Counted from the first letter of the stretch, positions 1-13,300 are shown. The stretch is 52,843 nt of DNA from Spirogloea muscicola (GCA_009602725.1 WELB01000022.1:157708-210550); one strand, 5' to 3'. The notes: generated by a model not told the origin, from the sequence alone. A program made the numbers and translations.

Positions 1-2
1 CG

Positions 3-91
3 GCGGCGGGCGTGAATTGCGCGGCTGCCGCGGGGCCTGCTCTGGCCGCCAGCCACAGGCACGCCCGGCCGACGGCGATGGCCGCAGTGAA

Positions 92-125
<34 letters not shown>

Positions 126-3100
126 CGATTGAACAGAAGTGGCAAGAAGGGCGGCAGAGGGTCTCCCACGGCAGCTGCTGAGGCGCCAACCAAGAGCCCG
201 GCGGCGAGCTGGAAGGAGTGCGCGCCCCTTGCTGCCACCGCCTCCCTCCTCTCTCTCAGCAGCCGCATTCATTCTCTCTCCCTCCTCAGTCTTTCTTCGC
301 TCGCTTTCCTCTCCTTTCTCTGACTGCCTCTGACTCCAAGCAGCCACTCACACTTGGAAAATCTGCTGAAGCCGCTACGTCTGCTCTCCACTCTCGCTGT
401 CTCCTGCGAGCGCGCGACCAGGCTGCAGCTGGCCGGCGTCGCGCCGCGGGCGCTCGTCGGGCGACTCTGCAAGGTGCGCCACCTGGGCTTACCACCATCG
501 GCCTTCGCAGCAGAGAGCTTAGGAGCGCGCCGCACCTGTTGGCCCCTACTGCCCATTGCCCACGTCCCAACAGATGCCCTGCTGATGCCACTCTTGAGAG
601 CGGCACGCATGGCGGCAGGTATTCTGGCCTGTCGACAACGCCTGGTACGGGGGCCTCGTCGCAGAGTACTTGCCGGCGCTTGGCAAGTACAAGGTGAGGG
701 CCCTACCTCCAACGCAACCCACCACCCTGCCGCCTCTGTCTTACTCGCCAAGGTGCGAAATAGAGACCGACAGGCCGTGGACGTCCTGGTCATGACCACG
801 ATGGCGTCACGATGGCGCAGGTGGAGTACAAGGACGGCGGCGAGGAGGTGCTGGTGCTCGAGGAGGAGCGCGTGAAGGTCCAGCTGCGGCCTGGCGAGCG
901 CACTTCGGATTTCCTCGCCATCGGCAGGGAGGGCGGCCCTCTCCTCGAGGCGATGGCAGCGACGGCAAAACCAACAGATGTCCGAGCAGCAGCACCTCCG
1001 GCTCGGGCGACTGGCAGCCGGGGGCTCAAGCGCCGTGCCGACGCGGAGGACCTCCTGGCTGTTGCTGCAATGCTGGGCGGCGAAGGGGATCCAGGAGGGC
1101 TGGACCACGGCGACGTTGCCTGGGGCAAGATTAAGGGTGAGGACCGCCGACCGGCCGTCGCTGGCTGCGTCCGCTGAGCCCCGGCCTCGACCTCGCTGAC
1201 CAGTGGCCCCGTTGCTGGTGACGCCAGGCTTCCCCTGGTGGCCGTGCCTGGTCCTGGACGGCCAGTGCGCCGAGGCGCTGGGCATGGGCGCGGCCGACGA
1301 GGACGACGGCAAAGGGGGGCTTGGCGGCGGCAGTGCCGCCAGCTCCGTGGCAGTGCAGTTCTTTGGCGGGTTCGAGTACAGCTGGCTGGGGCAGCGCGAC
1401 GTGGAGGGCTTCATCCCGGGCGTGCGCCAGAAGCTGCACCGCAAGTGCACCAAGCCCGCGTTCCTGCAGGGCATGCAGGAGCTAGAGCGGTCCGCGTCTT
1501 GCTCGCCCTCGCTGCTGCCCTTCACTCCTCAGATTCACATAAGACTCCTCGCTCCAGTCTGTCTCCTCCCTCTCTCTTGCTCTCTGTCGTCCGGCCTCCT
1601 GCCTCTTTTACTGATCCCTCCCCTCTCTCCCTGCCTCAGCCCTCATTGCCAAAACCGCTCCCCGCCCCCCTGGCCCTTTCTGCTTCCACTCCCCATCGAT
1701 GTCCTTGACTCGCTGAGTCCATCCACTTGCTCACAATCTTCTCCCCCCCATCTTTCATTGCCCTCCTGAGGCACACAGTATGATGCTGTGTCTGGTAGAT
1801 CTATTTCTCAGCCAGAGTTTTGCTCCTGGCAGCAGTATTCCTCTTTAGGAGCGTCTGCTGCCCTCCAGGAGCTCAGCGTCTTTGGCCCCACATGGCTGTC
1901 AATCGGGCCTACGCAGTGTGCCTGACCCTCCAGCTGGAGGGTCCGGAGTATCTATACATAATTAAATGCCTCCGTGAAGGGTACCTCCTCTTGGCAGGTA
2001 CCTCAAGTTCCGGAAGCTGCCAGGCCCAATGCGCGCATCGCTCGAGGCCAGCATCCACGATAGATACTTCAGCGCAGTCCACTACGAGACAGATGGTGAC
2101 AAGGAGGCGGTTGCCGCACTGAAAAGCAGGGATGCTACTGCACAAGCAGGCAGCAGCGGCTCGGGGCAGGGGTCTGGGTTGGAAGCAGATGAGGCCAACA
2201 TGCCTCTCCCTGACATGCCGCTACACCTTGGGCCGCTCACTGTCCTCAGCCTGGGTGAGCTCTAAGCATTACCCATCCTCCAGCTGCGTCTGCCGCACCT
2301 TGCACGACGCAGCTTATTGGTAGGACACAGAAATCTGTCCCCGTTGCTCGGCGATTGCTGATGGCTTGCCCGCTGACGGCTGCAGGCGAGGTAGTGACGG
2401 ACTCTGAGCACTTTCGCAGCGAGGCCCACATCTGGCCGGTGGGCTACAAGGCCGTGCGCAAGTTCCCCTCCATGAAGGGTACCCGCCCCCTCTTTGATGG
2501 TCTCACAAAGGCCGCCAGACCTCGCCTGCGAGCACGCGCCATTGAGTCCTGCCACTGTGAGCTCCTCATGACAAGCGGGGCAGCCGATTGTTCTTGGCCG
2601 TGCAGACCCCCAGCGGCTCGTGGAGTACCAGATGGAGATCCTGCGAGTGCCCCCGAGCGCGCCAGCCCCCCTCTTCCGTGTCACCCCTGAGGATGCCAAG
2701 CCAGTCAGCAGCCTCTCTCCTCACAGTCGTTAAGTATTGCCATTCTGGGAGCTTGTTGCGTCGCCGCATTTCAGCCATGGTCAACAGTGCTGATTCCAAT
2801 TCCTGCGCTAAAGTGTTGCGCCGAGGTGGCGCCTGGAGCCAACAGGTGGAGGCTCGTAGTGCAGGCGCATGCTGGACGCTCATCAGTGCACAGGTGTTCG
2901 AGGCCAAGGCCATGGCAAACATCTTGCAGGGCCTGCGCCACGGCTTCAAATCTGGCCCCCACATGTTCGGTTACTCACTGCCGGATGTTGCGCTCGCGAT
3001 TCGGGTTGGCCTCTATTCTCTGCCTTGCCTCGTGCACGGTCGCGTGGCCTGACCTTGCTGATGAGGGTATCATGTGCTTAGGTCAAGGCTCAAGTCTCTA

Positions 3101-6100
3101 CTGTCTCGAGGCTTTGGATCCGACATGAGGGGGGCAGCAGAGCAGAACGCACAGCACAAGTCTTGTTTGTGCAGTCTATTGCAGCAACATTAGTGCCAAG
3201 TCATAGCTCCACAGGTCAGGAGCAGTTCCTTAATGGCTGCGCTGCACAAGCTTCTTATGTCCCTGCTGTGCAGCAGGGCACAGGGTGCTATGTATTGCTT
3301 CAATACATACTACGATTGCACTTGGCAACTGACAAGCGCGCGTGTGGGCTGATATGTTATGGATGGCAGAGCCTTCCAAAAGCGCGAGACATTTTGAGGA
3401 CAAACAGCTGGAGCAGCGACCGCACTGCTGGTGCTGCAGTGAGCTGCCCCCTCGTATTGCAGGAGTATGCATGGCAGCACGGTGAGCGCTGCAGCGTCTG
3501 CTATCAAATTGAGGTGCGCACTACGGCTCCTGAACTGCTTGAAAGCACAACCTGCGCTTGTGGCAAGGAGCAGTGCATTGACTTTGGGCATCCCGAGCTG
3601 AGCCTGCCTGCTTGAATAGCTACCGACTTTTCTCCTCGGAAGATGCCACAAAGAGCCTGATGGGCCATTCTACATTCAGATCCCCAGCCCCGTCTTGCAT
3701 GTTAGGTTGGCCAGCTCAATCATGAGGGCGCTTGTGGGACTGCAGGAGTACGATGAGAACCAGCTCCTCCAGTGCGACAAATGCCGGACAATGGTGTGCT
3801 CAGCATTCACAATCTTACATTCTTGAGGCACTAAGATATTTGGCATTATGCCACTGGATGCAGCTGAATCTAGTGAAGGCCACAGCGAGCTTGACTCCCC
3901 CCAATGGATCACTTCTTACGCCCCACTTTCTGAAGCGCACCTTGTATTGCTAGTTGCCTAGTGACAAGAGCTTGAGTTATACTACTCACTCATAAGTATC
4001 CATTCGACTGTCTTTCTCGCAGGTGCACATGGAGTGCTATGGCATCGAAAAGCCGCCAGATGGAACTCTTTGGCTATGTGCGCTGTGCAGCCCTAATGCG
4101 CCATCTGCTATCCCCCCCTGCTGCCTCTGCCCCGTTAAAGGTGTGTAAGATTGATATATCTTTGTGGGAGCTTAGTTGATTGTGATTTCAAACAACTGAC
4201 AGTTTCACAAGTCTGTGGGTGTATGTCCACATATATCTGGGCCCTATATCCTGACGGTACTGGGAAGGTGGTTTTGTGTATCAGTCAGCACGGACCTCAG
4301 TGCACATTCTACATATAACAGATTCATTGTGTTGTTGAATCATTTGTGGCTGTCTCATGTTCCAGGCGGAGCGATGAAGCGGAGCCTGGACGGGCAATGG
4401 GCGCACCTTTCTTGCGCAATGTGGATCCCTGGTGTGAACCTGCACAACCTGGTGTGAACCTGCAGTTGCTGTGACTGTATGAGTACTCAGCATGTGACTA
4501 GGTAGGTGACATGCCTATAATCTAAACGCGCAGCCACCTGATCCTGATGACATATTCGGGAGACTACTGTTGAGCAGAAACCTTTGTCGTGAAGGGCGGA
4601 AGGATAGGCAATGTGGAGGGTATACACAAGGTGACACGCATTTGCGAATTACTGACATGTGTGAAATTGCAACTTGCTGCTTGCTTGTAACACAGAATGT
4701 CTGAATTCCCTAGACCAGCAGCTGAGCTTTTTAGATCTTAACCCAGAATGTGAATGCCGGCAGGAGCGCTGGAGCCTGCTGTGCTCCATCTGTAAGGTGT
4801 CCTACGGGGCATGCATTCAGGTACGAGAGGCCACTCTGCACATACTGCACATACCACTGTCGACAAGCACAAAGACCAAAGCTTTGAGATGAAACACGCT
4901 GATAAGCACACCTTCAAGGCAGCACAGTGCCGCTGCAAGCCATGCATTTGCAGACTTGCAGTGCAGCCTGTCTGGTGACTTGGCTAAGGTCCATCCAGTC
5001 TGCTGTAATGCACAGTGCTGCGAGAGAAGGTGTAGGGTCGCGTACCATCCCCTATGTGCTCGGTATGCGGGACTTCAGATGGAGGTGCGCTGTGCAGCTT
5101 TGGCCATGCACGCGATGCATCTTGGTATATGTCCACAATAGCAGTTTCGACTGCAGCGAATGAATATGATTCAGAGTCACATGGAGGCAAGAGCAGGCTC
5201 TGACCTGGTCGGCTGGGAATCAGCACTTTAATTTCTGCATGTGGAAGGCCGTATGCAAAAGGCTCAGTGGTCAGCACCCCTGGAACAGGTTAGGGAGTAC
5301 CAGAAAACTGGCCAGGCGCGCAAGGTGAATGGCGCACAAGTCTCTGAAGCGGACGGTGTCGTGATGCTGTCGTACTGCCGCAAGCACGGCAGTCGCTGCA
5401 GGGACGAAGGAGCACGTGCAGATAGGGCTGACGAAAGGCCACTCACTGCGCCAATAGAGGGCCCAGTCCCTCTCTCGTCCCTCTCCTCGAGCAGAGCTAG
5501 CTGTGCTAGACTGGGTACATACTGCAGGAACTCAAGCAAGCCTCGGTTATCATGCCAGTCCTTATGTCTCAGACTTATGCTAATTACGGCTTTTTGTTAT
5601 CAAGCAATCTACGCAGGCCTTGGAAGCATAGATGTGGTAGCAGTGCATCTAACGAAGAGTGAGAAAGCCGTGCTTAGGCCGTGCCGTCCTGCCATATGTA
5701 GTCATTGCCCTTCATCCTGATTGCTTGCTCTTCTTATGCAGAGCCATTTGATGTGGCGGCAAGGCGGGGCCGGCGGGAGCCAGAGGCGGTGGCGGCCGCG
5801 CTCAGCAAGCGCAGCTTTGTGCAGAACGTCCCATACCTCGTTGGAGGCAGGCTGGCGCCCAGTTTCGAGCGGCATGCTGGGGACCCAGAGCAGCTCAGGA
5901 GGGAGGCTGAGGACTCTGCCAGAGCTTGTGAGGGAGAGTCGCCTCTGTTAACAGCCGCTCGTAACTCGCCAGAGGGTTCCACAGAACCGTTAGTTGCAAA
6001 TCTTAGCAGGAGGGGGGTTACGGCAGAGGACCAGAAAGGAGGCCAGGTGTGCACAGACCAGAGCACGCGTCGAGAAGGCTGCAAGAGGCACCCACTGTCC

Positions 6101-7525
6101 ATGTCCGAGCGCTACCGACAGATGCGTACCAGCCTTCACCGGCGCCTCACTTTCGGTCGGTGCCCATCTTAGCTTGCCTTGATTGGTGTGGCGCAAGGTC
6201 ATGCTGAGGCTGCTGGCCTGCTACAAGTTGCTGCTTTCACCATCTCACATCGTGACTTGTGCCTGTCACGGGACTGGCGGGTGCATTGACTGAAGCCCAC
6301 AGTCCACAAATTGATGCAGGCAAGTCTGCCATCCATGGGTGGGGACTCTTCACTAAGAGAAAGCATAAAGCTGGTGACATGGTATGTGCGCTCATTGGCA
6401 GTCAGATTTTGAATTTCGTGATGTTTCAGTGCATCAACTTAGCACCAGATCCCTGTAGTTGACAAAGTCTGTCAGAATTCCTTGACAAACTCGTCCTTGC
6501 TAATCATTTGGTTGTGCCTCTTGTCATTGCAGATGATTGAGTATGCTGGGGAGATAGTACGGCCGATTATTGCCGATATTCGAGAGCGAAGTTGCTATGA
6601 TTCCCTTGTTGTGAGTCCTTAATTAATATGGACTAATTGCTTGCAATGAGCTTCTGCGACTAAGTTGCTGCAGGCTGCATGACGCAGTTAGCTCTGTAAA
6701 GTGTAGCACATGAACTGGAAACAATCAGCAATAGAGTGTCTCGATGGATGCCTGGTTGGTAGATTGCGCGTCTACACGTGATGAATGAAACAGGGGACAA
6801 CCTGGTGAACAGTAGTACCTGATGAGTGTGCAGGGAGCTGGCACGTATATGTTTCGGATCGACAATGAGAGAGTTGTGGATGCTACCAAGACGGGCTCAA
6901 TGGCTCATCTCATCAACCATGCTTGCGAGGTGTGTCCTTGCGCTTTCATTCTAGCTCGTCAATGTACGCCGTCTGCCTGATCATTCTAAGCTGTGCTCTG
7001 AATTTCACAATATACCACTATCTACGTTTCCTTGACTTGTTTGTCTTCCATCTGCAGCCAAACTGCTACTCCAGGGTGGTAAATGCTCTCCACCATGACC
7101 GGATAGTCATCTTTGCAAAGCGAGATCTGGAAGCTGGGGTCGAGCTTACTTATGACTACAGGCAAGTACTTGCACACTTTGCTGATAATGAACAAGCTTG
7201 TGGTGACAACCATGACACCTTTGGAGCACTGTTTATGAATACTCTACGAGTTGCTCTGCAAACTACTGGCTAGAACAGTTACTAATCTAAATCTCTTGAG
7301 ATCTAATCTGTTTGAGGTCAAGTGGCTTGCAGGTTCAACTCCCGCGATGAAAGGCTGACTTGCAACTGCGGCTGTGCAAACTGCCGCGGGTTTGTGAACG
7401 TCATGGACGAGGATGATGACGACAATCCAAGGCTTCTGGTGCGTCGCTCGCAGCTGAAGCCAGCCCATCCTCCGCGCGCCAGCTCGCCTGCTGTCAGTTG
7501 GCCCGAACCATGTCCAGACCGCTGA
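3..7525 (+). CDS. ATX1: Trithorax-group histone H3K4 methyltransferase, ATX1/ATX2-like (Tudor-like, PWWP, FYRN/FYRC, PHD, ePHD, SET, post-SET); multi-exon, possibly 5'-partial
   Basis: Spliced exons give: LVGRLCK|VFWPVDNAWYGG..KYK|VEYKDGGEE (Tudor-like); GDVAWGKIK|GFPWWP (PWWP); HIWPVGYKAVRKF (FYRN); SGPHMFGY (FYRC); CSVC..LLQCDKC..VHMECYG..WLCALC (PHD); CCLCP..GGAMK..WAHLSCAMWIP..CSIC..GACIQ (ePHD); GKSAIHGWGLF..IEYAGE..GTYMFRID..LINHACEPNC..ELTYDYRF (SET); CNCGCANCRGFVN (post-SET). Stop at 7525. The frame is open from the window edge; the first ATG is at 78. ATX1 and ATX2 cannot be distinguished. Confidence 0.93.
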
Positions 7526-7865
7526 GATCCGTCTGTTACGTGCGTACAGTGGAGGTGCAGATTGCACTTAGCTTTACACAACAGCCTTCATCTAATTTTT
7601 CGAGACCACAACATCACTGCAATGCATATGTGCACTTTTGACACGGGCCTCCTAGCATCAACCTTGTCTGAGCAACTCCTTCATAGAACTCTCACGCCTT
7701 ACATTTGGCTCTTACCAATTTTTGAAGCTCCATAGGAGCAATTAAATGGTGCCGCTTAAGTGGCAGCTGTTAAAGCAAGCTGACGGTGCTGTGAGAGGTA
7801 GAATCTCAGAGAGGTAGAATCGAAATCCTTAGCAAAAAGGGCTGTGCTGCCCACCTGCTTGTGGA

Positions 7866-10030
7866 TCAGATTTCGTCCAATTCTTCGGAGAACAAATCGC
7901 GCTCGGGAAAGTCGCCCACCTGCACGTGCTTGCTGATGTGACTGAGCGACCTGAAATGCATAAGAAGAGAGGGCTACAGCTAGCACCTCATTGGTGAGTT
8001 GAGTGAGGTGAGCCCCAAATGTGGTGAGCTGGCTGGCAGCAGGAAAGCCGCAAATCCTCTACGCCAGATTGTAATAGCCCTTTGCTGTAAGTGAGCACCT
8101 GCACTTTATTTGGCCGAAGCATGGCGCCGTGGTTGGCTGGGCATGTGAAGTACCGGGTTCCCTTCACACTGCGCCCCTCCTCAAAGAGCACCAGTAAACC
8201 AAGATTGAAGATCATTGCAGCCCGCTGGGTACACATGTCCTGGGCTACTTACTCTGACGACTACTGACAGCACCTCAAGGACCTCCACTTCTGTGCACAA
8301 CTGAATGTATGAAGTGAACTGTGTGCATCCAAGATGCATACATTTCTGACTAGGAAGTTGACGTGCGTAACACCAAAGTGAATCACTGGCCGACAGGCAC
8401 ATTGTTACAGGGCTATCAGCACACCTGCCATCGTGCTTCCCAACTGGCTCATCAAATGCAACACCCACCCAAAACCCCGGCATCAGGGACTCGGCACGAC
8501 CGACAAATGCCACAGTGCCCCTCTTTGCTCCCGGGTTTGTCTCGCAGCGAGCCCCGACCTGGGGATGCATACCATCAAGTTACCGTTTCAAGGCACCTGG
8601 CAGACTCATTGACCAAACTGTTGGCCATCTTCAAAGAATGACGCTTCTGATGGTGATACATGCATCGAACCAGGCTTGTGAAAGAGAGTCATACTTGGAT
8701 GCCTGCTGCAGCCTCTGCCATGTAGTCCGGTGAAGCTGTCTGATTGTGCACACCTTATTGTACCAGATCAGTAAAGCATTTGGCATCCTACAGGTCACGA
8801 GAAGTCTGCTTCTGTAGACCCGGCAAGCTGCGCCAAGCACGAGATGTGATGCATGGAAGAGCTCCGAGGGGCTGTCCTTGACGATATGGCGATGCAGCAT
8901 GCAGCCCAGGTTCTGACCTCATCGGGCGGCCCGGTACGCAGCTGCTCTGCGAGCTTCTCCTTGTACTTGCGCACCGTGTCTGGCAACAAGTCAGGTAGGT
9001 CAAGGGGGCAGTTGGGTCAAGGTTGCATTCAGCAGCACTCTGGCTTTCCCTCCCTCCCCCTCCCTCCCTCTCTCCCCGCCCCTCCCCTGCGTCTCCCTCT
9101 CCACCTCCCTCTGCTCAGCCAAAGAGATCTCGGGAATGCAGCAAAACTTCTGTCAGCAGCTGACAGCGACATGGTCAGCCTGCCAGACCTTTTCAGCTAG
9201 AGCTCGCTAGAGCTGCAGCACGGCGAGTATCGACGTCGGAGAGAAACCTGATCGCAAAGACAGTGTGGGGGCGTACCCTCACGCTTGTTGTAGTCCTCCT
9301 CAGAAATCTCGTACTTCTTCACAAGTGATGTGTCTTCCAGCCAGCCGCCAGCCGAGAGTGATGAGGGGTCCAGATCGAGCACGTGAAGACGGTACCTGCC
9401 ATTAACACACGCAAGCTTTTGTCCGCAGCCCTGAAAGGGCCACCAGAAAGGGCAGGCAGGCTCATGCGGCACTTCAAAGTCAGTCCTCCAACCCCACAGC
9501 CTTGCTGACTGCAAGAGCCAATAAGCGTGAATGCAATGCACAGAGGGCAGCCTGCAGCACCCGTCGCGAGGCCCATAGAACCCAAGTGGCCGGTGACCAG
9601 CGAGGTCCGCGGCGACTAGCGCGTCGCCTGCGTCGAAGAGCTGCAGAGTCATGGCGTCGACGGGCGTGCCCGTCTGTCTCTGTAGACGTTCCTTGACGCT
9701 CTCGATGCTGGACTGCATTCCATGAGCAGTGCTTAAGTCAATTCTGACAAGGAGGTATCTCGTGGCTGTGGCTGTGGCTGTGGCTTTAGGCCGAGTCAGG
9801 CCACAGCTCGACGGCGACTGTGCAAGCATCGACTGTGCAAGCATTACGGGTCTAAGCTGGGCATCCATGTGAGCAGGCAGCCTGCTCACGTGGAGGTCGA
9901 AGCGAATCTCCATGAAGCGCTGGTGCAGGTTGCTGTGCGAGACGCGGAGGAGGACGGTGCCGGCGGCGCGGTTCTGGCCCGATGGCGCCGAAACGTACGC
10001 CCGCAGCGCGTCCAGGTCCGTGGCCGACAT
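7866..10030 (-). CDS. TBCB: Tubulin-folding cofactor B (ubiquitin-like N-domain plus CAP-Gly); multi-exon
   Basis: ATG at 10030 ([26 protein letters not shown]). Internal exons give [24 protein letters not shown] and the CAP-Gly [43 protein letters not shown]. The last exon reads [21 protein letters not shown] (TGA at 7866-7868). Confidence 0.93.
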
Positions 10031-10339
10031 GTTGTGCAAGCATCCGGCGCAGTGTAATTGGCGGCGCAGCTCAGCCCGTTTGCCCCGACGCCTAGTTTCC
10101 GGCAAGTGGCCGTGACTGCGCCATCCAATGCCGAGCGCTGTGGCGAGCCATTGCCTTCGGCGTCGGAAGCTCGGAGCTCACACGCGGGCGTCAGAGCTGG
10201 GGCACTCAACTCGTCGCCTCGGAACTGGGGCACCAAGCTTGCCGCCTCTTACGTCGGAGGCGCTGCTCTCCCACGTAAATTGGACTTCGGCGGGCGGAAT
10301 CGCAGGTGATTGAGGCGAAGTCGGCAAGCAAGGCTTCGG

Positions 10340-13300
10340 GGACCCTAGCCTCTCTGATTTGCGGCTGCTTAGCAGGGGTTACTGAGTGATTTGTAGCTGC
10401 TTTCTTTCTTTGTGTGCTTTGGTTTCTTAGCGCTTCCTCTGGCTTCCTCTGGCCCCCTTCTCGTTCTTTGTTCATTCTTTTTTGGGCTGGCTTGTCCAGC
10501 CCCTAATCCTCAATGGGCGAGCCCTTTCTTCTTTGACATCCATGGGGCACTGGGCGCTCGGTGGCTTGAGCTACTTAACCAGCTCGCCCGCCACGCAATC
10601 GCCCGTCGCTTCCATGGTGAACCGGTAGACTTTCCTGCAGCCGGGTCGCTGGAGCAAGTGTATCGCATGCGCTTGGCCGTCTCGCTGCAGAGGTCCATGG
10701 CCCTTGCGCTGCACCTTCGTGCCGGGAGAGCCCTCGCTGCTGCCTCTGGCTCTGTCCAGGGGACCCACTTCCAGGACCCTAGCCTCTCTGATTTGCGGCT
10801 GCTTAGCAGGGGTTACTGAGTAATTTGTAGCTGCTTTCTTTCTTTGTGTGCTTTGGTTTCTTAGCGCTTCCTCTGGCCCCCTTCTCGTTCTTTGTTCATT
10901 CTTTTTTGGGCTGGCTTGTCCAGCCCCTATCCTCAATGGGCGAGCCCTTTCTTCTTTCTTCGGGGACGGGGTATTGGCGGGAGCGGGAAAAGCAGCTGGG
11001 GGCGTGGTTGTGAAGAAGAAAGTGCTCGTGAATTTGGTTGTGAAGCAGCTCTTGCAAGAAGAATTACTCTTCCAGTAGAGGGCGATGGCTGTGATTGGCC
11101 AGCCCAGAAAGAGTAATGAACGAAGCTCGACGAAGCCAGAAAAGCGCAAGAAAATGAAGAAAGAAAGTCGCTCTCCCAAAGGGGCCAAGGGCTGTGAACA
11201 GTCGGCCCGAACACAGTTGACAAGGTCCAAAGAAAGAAAGAGAGGGCTCGCCCAGTGCCCCATGGATGTCAATTGCCAAGAACTCGTCTCGGAAGAACTC
11301 GTCTTCCGGCGGATGGTCGGCGTACTTGATCTCTTTTGCCCGAGCGGCGCAGGCGACCGCATACCCAGCCTTGGTGGCAGACTGGGCTGGGTGGGAGCGG
11401 TCAAATGCTTTGGTTGTCACCACATCCAGAAGCAGACGTGGCCCGCCGGCCTGTGGGGTGGCCACCAGGTCGACGCGACGAGCGTGGAGACCGTCGGCCC
11501 TGGCCTGGAGCGGCATGACGCCGGAGTGCTCCGCTGCCACCGCAAAGCCAGCCTCCACCAGGATGCCGTGCATCGCGTCCCGGAGGCGGTCGTGGGCCGC
11601 CGTCCTCTCGCCGCCATGGGAACAGCGCAGGACGTGAGCAGCCAGCTCGCCAGGCTCGGCCCCTCGCTCGCCACACTGGCAAGGTCCAAAAGCTTCCGCA
11701 AAGCTATTCCGGTAGGAGAAATACTCAGTAACCTCTGTTGAGGAGCCATTAATCAGATAGACTAGCAGCCGCAGTTCCCCTGACGAAAGCCAGAGGCTGC
11801 AGCTAGAGCACGGCCAGCATGCAGATGCAAGGCGTGGGCCATGGACCGCTGAAGCGCAATGGACAGGCGCATGCAGAGGACCTGAGCTAGCGAGCCAGCG
11901 GCGTTGAAGTCGGTCTGCTCACCTCGCCTGCGAGACACAGCGCGTCCCCCCAGCCGGGCCAGCAGGTCTAGCCACTAAGACTTGGAAGCCCCGTGCACAT
12001 CGACGGCCAGTGGGACGAACTCGTCCCCTTCCGGGTGGTCCGCGTACTCAAGCTGCTCTGCCACGAGCTGCGTTCGCAGCTGCATGTCCAGCCTTCGGGG
12101 CAGAGAGCCCCGTCTGGATTGGATCGGAAAACCATGGTAAACCACATCTGCGGTGACAACGTCGGCGATGACTTGCGGGCCGCCGCCCGGCGTGGTGGCT
12201 ACCAGGTCGACCTGCCGAGTATGGGGTTCATCAGCCCTCTGCTGCGGTCCATGGCCCACGCTCTGCATCTGCGAGCTGGCCGTGCTCTCGCTGCGGGCTC
12301 TGGCTTTCGTCAGGGTGATAGCTTTCCGGCAGCTAGTCTGTCGGATCTGCGGCTCCTCACTCGTACTTACTGAGTGATCCATCCTCCCCCTGTTTTACCA
12401 TAGCATCCTCAGGCCCCTTTGTAGCTGCTCACCGCTCTTAGGCCCCTCTGAACCTTTGTGAATTCTTTTTGGGCTGGCTTTTCGCAGCCCTTGCCCCCAT
12501 TGGGAGTGCCACTTCTTCTGCTGAGAACTTTGCAGGATGGGCATGATGGACGTGTTCTTGATCACCGGCATGTACCCTGCCTCCAGGAAAACCACAACAG
12601 CTCTTCCACTTTAAGGCAGTGGCTGTGAAAGGCCAGCCCATTCAGCTTCTTGGACCAGGTCCAAAGAGCCGAATGGCGCCTGAACCACACAGCTATGCAC
12701 GAGACTTCAGTGGATGGAAGCATTAGTAACCCCGACTTAGCAGCAGCAAGTTGGAGTAACTTGCAGCTTGAAAAGAGGGCCCCAACGAGAGCCAGAAGAA
12801 GCAGCCATAGCGTGGCCTGCCGCAAGTGCACTGCAATGCGCCTTAGCTGCAGCCTCCGGGTTCCGTCAGGCGACATAATTCCGCCCTCTGGTTATGTAGA
12901 CTTGCACTTACTGACTAGAGGTTACTGAGAGACCGCTTGCTGACGTCTTAGATATTAATTCCTTACTTTCTGTGCCATCCGGCCCTTTCAATCTTGTCCA
13001 TTCCTTTGGGCTGGCCTCTCACATCTGGGCTGGCCTCGAAGTGGCTCTCCTTAAGTGGGTAGGGGCTAGGAAATGCCAGCCCAAAAAGTATGGACAATGT
13101 CCAAAGAGCCAAAGGGTGCAGAAAAGACAAACCACACAGCTGGACACTACACGACCGCAGATGGAGCTCAGTACCCACGATTGAGCAGCAGCAAGTCCGA
13201 GTAACTCGCAGCTGGGAAAGAGGGACTCCGTCGAGAACAGCCACTGCCGTCACAGCCACTGCTGTCAGCCGCGGCTTTCTTCCAATTTGGACGAGCTGCT

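Noticed and set aside
10450..10530. 3' module as an HDV-like or hammerhead ribozyme (GGCCC..GGGCTGG..AATGGGCGAG superficially resembles HDV P1, P1.1 and J4/2)
   Set aside because: No P3 or P2 pairing can be drawn consistently across copies, and GGGCTGG pairs better with the downstream CCAGCCC. No CUGANGA/GAAA hammerhead core is conserved on either strand.
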